Assembly: GCA_963843375.1 (NCBI GenBank) | Contig: CAWJKT010000010.1 | Coordinates: 160,237 to 224,236 of the forward strand | DNA length: 64,000 nt | Direction of reading: 5' to 3' | Origin: an uncultured Pseudomonadota bacterium | Lineage (GTDB): Bacteria > Oederibacteriota > Muellerivitia > Muellerivitales > Muellerivitaceae | Shown: positions 61,201 to 64,000 of the stretch, in pieces | How positions within the stretch are numbered: the stretch's first letter is position 1 | Layout of the letters: each line of letters starts with the position of its first letter | Translations under genes and position numbers: made by a program | The notes under the pieces: generated by a model | Seen by the model: only the letters and a program-made list of their open reading frames with translations | What the model was told of the DNA's origin: nothing | Database searches by the model: none

Positions 61201-61319
61201 CCAAGGCAGCCAAAAGGAAAATTTTTTAAATTTGCTTTTGGGGGGGTGGGATTCGAGGGTTCAACTTTATGCCGGCGACTCCGGAAATCGGATTCGAAAC
61301 GGTTTTTGATCATTTTCAA
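58212..61319 (-). CDS. Large periplasmic TPR-repeat protein (CpoB/BamD-like repeats)
   Basis: About 20 TPR-like units (ALYGLGW, F..YP.S..A). The true start may be ATG 61199. The stop overlaps the start of the barrel gene. Confidence 0.88.
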   Translation of the reverse strand: MKMIKNRFESDFRSRRHKVEPSNPTPPKANLKNFPFGCLGMTGFKPASKILNIATCWIIAGICLAVFPGPLFPAGISPPSPTDEGRALLKSRAYHLAMERFLLVQEKSENYIEKALALRLIGETQFHEKDYTAAYQAYQQSLRLNPITSGALGLAFKSAVSLVYLKNYPTAIDQFKELEKRAYEMDTLCDLYFWEAECYFQLEQYDEAGREYGKILDNKPDYRYADMVRYLQAWCYFQQKDYTRSLESFSKVLEKTTDETLKKLTLFQVAETQFRMEKYTDAKKNYQTFLKQYPKDFLEVPALYGLGWTFEKLKNPPEAIKTFESIVTDFPSHLLAPWAAVREGAEAYQAEDHDKARQAYTKGLELAAGKAPADLLDYGLGWLDYSDQKYDAAARHFLNVSNFQPQSGLYWDAQYLLAGCEYLETKYDDAKAIYGRIALKAPSEVEETAAYWRGWCDYALGHYDFSLEEFKKVAETSEGDLKARADWASAESAYEMKNYADAAGYYQKALKDQPSPGLLLDCYSGLGWSYFQQEKYQEAVEAFQNAVRQDPSAPLGLESQLRTGDCYYNLHDYPKAENAYRSLVDNHAGPPTELDAQEQIGWCAYRQEKFSDAINTWGALLKKSDTDNRKSRLIYWTAWAYFRLKDFDHASSEFKEVETDYPKDPLAPESHLREADCLFNLQRFKDSKDTYQSFLDNYPDNPLLPDALYGLQWSAEKLGEKETSSNVAKQFLEKFPNSPFASSVQYRMAEGLFHDEKFDDAIQAYKDLLAKYPDSSEAPRALFWMGTALVKIEKNDNAIPVFQELLKKYPSDPLALEGQFSLGSVYFETGKFQDALDAYTDIFTHYPDHRLATHALFNSAVCEKQLKHNDKALAYFQKLLKDYGNDPLAIEAGLQAGLLLEKTGKPEEALKAYEITMASPETSLAVEASFYHADLLKQLKKYDDSRREFNHLIVKYPSEDQWVVTAFAKIAETYEEQKDYPKAEESYKRILKYTKIPAYRNATYKRLKALQPFLKKKSEKSSTAVVPSPSGEATP

Positions 61320-61522
61320 ATGGATTCCATAAACGGGGATTTCAGGCCGAATTGAGTCTATAAGAGAAAGAAACGAGCCGCAAGACCACCATTTGACAAA
61401 AAGACGATTTTAACTCCCCACAAGACGTTTTAACCACCTGGTTTACCCACCGATTTTCATTTGAAGAACGAACCGAATCCAAAAACCTGAACAGGCTTGT
61501 CATTTTAAAATTCCCCGGACAC

Positions 61523-61552
61523 AAAAAAGCCTTTCATCACTGATGAAAGGCT
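61523..61552 (-). terminator. Intrinsic terminator after rpsA
   Basis: Minus strand AGCCTTTCATCA-G-TGATGAAAGGCT followed by TTTTT. Confidence 0.85.
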
Positions 61553-61590
61553 CTTGAACCGCTTAAAGAAAACACCAGCAACAAAAACGA

Positions 61591-63053
61591 TTAATACATC
61601 TCCTCTTCTTCGTTTTCTTCATCCGGGGTTTTCGCTTTCTTGAGGAATTTCTTCAGCATTTTTTGGAAAGCGTTTGTTTTGCGGTGAATATGGTTCTCTT
61701 CGTTAGCCTCTTCCTCTTTAGGATCTTTGGATTTTTGGTTCAATGCCTTGATGCTCAAAGCGATCCGTCGCTTACCCGAATCGATGGATAGTACTTTTAG
61801 GGTAACCATATCCCCGGGCTTTAAAGCATCTTCAACCTTTAGAGGCGCAGGAGAGGCGATCTCCGTTTTATGGACTAGGCCTTCAACGTTTTTCTCAAGT
61901 TCAATGAAAGCCCCGAATTCAGCCAAACGCTGAACCTTTCCGGTCATGATTTGTCCCGGTTGGTACTTTTCCTCGATTTTATCCCAGGGATCACCCTCAA
62001 CCTGTTTTAATCCAAGGGAAACACGCTTTTTTTCCAGGTCAATCGCTAGCATTTTAACCGAAAGAGTCTGGCCGATTTTAAATTCCTTTTGGGGAGCTTT
62101 CGTCCGTTTGTCCCACGTGATATCGGATTGATGCAAAAGACCTTCCAATCCATCCTCAATTTCCATGAACAACCCAAAATCCGCGATATTCGTCACGGTG
62201 GCTTGGATATTGGAACCGATTGGATATCGTTGAACGGCGGTTTCCCACGGGCTTTTCTCAAGACGTTTAAAGCTGAAACTGATCTTTCGTTTTTCAAAAT
62301 CCATCTCAATCAACAGGGCTTGCTTTTTTTCCCCCACTTTGAAAATTTCGGCGGGCTTCTTTAATTTTTTGGACCAGGAAATTTCGGTCACATGGCAGAA
62401 GCCCTCCAAATTATCGGCTGTCCTTAAAAACACTCCGTAATCCGCGAAATGAGTGACTTCCACTTCGATGATCTGCCCTACCCGGTAACGTTTATCCGCT
62501 TCGGTCCAAGGGTCAGTCGTCATCTGCTTGATTCCCAGGGATATTTTTCCCTTTTCCTTGTCCACCTGCAGCACCATCACCTTGATGAGGGCGTCCGATT
62601 TGACAAAATCTTCGACTTTGTTAACCCTTCCCCAATCAATGTCGGCGATGTGCAAAAGGCCATCCACTCCTCCCAAATCAACGAAAGCCCCATAGCTCAC
62701 AAGACTTTTGACCCGTCCCTCAATCACATCCCCGGATTCAATTCGTTTAGCCGCTTGTTTCGGTTTTTGCTGCGTTCCACTTCCAACACGGGACGACGGG
62801 AAACGACCACATTGGAACGGCTGCGGTCGATTTTGATGATTTTGAAATCGTAAATCTTTTCGAGATGATCCTCGCCAGCCTCGGGATTTTTGTGAAGGGT
62901 CATTTGACTCGCGGGTAAAAAGGCTTCTACCATCCCCAAATCCACGCGGTAACCACCATTGACCTTTTTGGTGACGCGTCCTTTGATTAGACCTCCCGCA
63001 TTATTCATTTCCTCAAGATTTTGCCAAACTCGGCTTTTGTCCACGTTGCGCTT
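61591..63053 (-). CDS. rpsA: 30S ribosomal protein S1; 5' end missing, frameshift near 62725
   Basis: Tandem S1 domains (AFLPASQ, YGAFVDLGGVDGLLH, EGLLH.SD, RVSLGLKQ). Track ORFs 62724-63044 and 61591-62727 join. Confidence 0.93.
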
Positions 63054-63103
63054 CTACCGGGGAAAGCATATTCTCTCCTGTAGAAGTACAAGGGGGACGC
63101 ACC

Positions 63104-63433
63104 GTGGATCAGCGAATCGACCTTCCACAAGGCACACTCGATCTTCTCATTCTACGAACCGTGGCGCTTGAGCCGCTGCACGGCTGGGCGATATCTTGAG
63201 CGCCTGCAGCAAATCTAGCCAAGGTTCTTCAGGTGCAGCAAGGATCTTTGTATCCGGCTTTGCACCGCTTGGAGCGCCGCGGTTGGATCAAGGCTCGGTG
63301 GGGAGCATCTGACAACAACCGCCGGGCCAAGTTCTATGAACTCACGCGAAGTGGCCGCAAACAACTCGAAGCCGAGGCTGACGCGTGGCGAAAGCTGGCG
63401 ACAGCCGTGGCACAGGTGCTGGAGACGGCATAG
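63104..63433 (+). CDS. PadR-family regulator (acidobacterial type), frameshifted; probably foreign/chimeric sequence
   Basis: GTG-DQRIDLPQGTLDLLILRT...LHGWAI then QQGSLYPALHRLE..GWI...WG.S.NNRRAKFY.LT..GRKQL. Confidence 0.85.
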
Positions 63434-63443
63434 CGGAGGAATC

Positions 63444-64000
63444 GTGCTGAGTGATTTTCTTTTCCGGCTGCGGTGCCTGCCTTGGAGAGGAACTGAGAGA
63501 GAGGGGGCTGGACGGGGGGGGCGGCGCGCCTGGCGGTGTCGGAGCGGGAAGTCGTCGATGGGGCGCTCCGCGCTCGGGGCGGCGGCGGGGGGCGCGCTCG
63601 AGGTGGTGGAACGAGTGAGAGAGAGTGCGCGGGGCGGCGGCGGCTCCGCTGTGTGGAGGGGCGGCCGGCTCGGGCGGTGGGCTCTGTCGCTCGGAGTGTG
63701 TGGCCGGGGGGGCCCCGCCGTCGCCGGTGCTGGCGCGCTCCGCCTGGATCTGGCGCGCGCGCGGTGTCAGCGTGATGATGGTGTCGTCGAGGCTGGCTGT
63801 GCAATCAGAGAGAGAGAGTGAGTGAGTGATGCGGGGCTGGCGGAGGGCCATGGATGTGAGTGTCCTTGCAGCAGTCTTGGGCGGCTGGCCGGAGCACGGC
63901 GGGGTGCTCGGAGTCCGGTGTTGTGATCCAAGGTGTTGAGTGCCAGGTGCAATGAGACATCCACGTCCACGAGGATGATGATCTGGTGATGGGGTGGTGA
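63444..64000 (+). other. Degraded, low-quality sequence resembling the start of an ADOP-type ABC permease gene
   Basis: GGAGG then VLSDFLFRLR, typical of the permease N-terminus that follows this PadR type; decays into G-rich, GA/GC dinucleotide noise. Confidence 0.4.

Noticed and set aside
63334..63970. Arg/Pro/Gly-rich ORFs at the window end
   Set aside because: They are products of low-complexity, error-rich terminal sequence.

Overview
A mostly housekeeping chromosomal segment from a diderm bacterium: it has outer-membrane barrels, two ExbB/ExbD/TonB-type motors and Thr/Pro-linker secreted proteins, and I cannot identify the lineage from sequence alone. Genes run almost all + from 1 to ~24.8 kb (holA, murJ, ogt, Ser/Thr kinase-NHL, FHA-GAF-adenylate cyclase, mutL, miaA, sppA, a frameshifted peptidase-propeller-Omp85 gene, etc.) and mostly - afterwards (apt, RpoS-like sigma, three tRNAs, ihfA, gpsA, plsY, der, a degenerate FabD, a Fur-boxed TonB operon, a large subtilase, clpS, a TPR/barrel/ExbBD-TonB operon, rpsA). 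Best finding: close to the orientation switch, in an AT-rich trough, a lone divergent Xer-type tyrosine recombinase has a perfect 12-6-12 palindrome (TATTTCATATAA-CTATAA-TTATATGAAATA, 22150-22179) overlapping its likely start codon. This is a candidate single-recombinase dif/Xer module with possible autoregulation. Also notable: a T9SS-CTD/FlgD-like C-terminal domain shared by three unrelated secreted proteins, and a catalytically dead FabD. Frameshift clusters (15.4-19.5 kb, 49.6-52.3 kb, 62.7 kb) look like sequencing errors. The last ~950 bp (PadR plus degraded ABC permease of acidobacterial type) looks like a chimeric, low-quality contig end that truncates rpsA.
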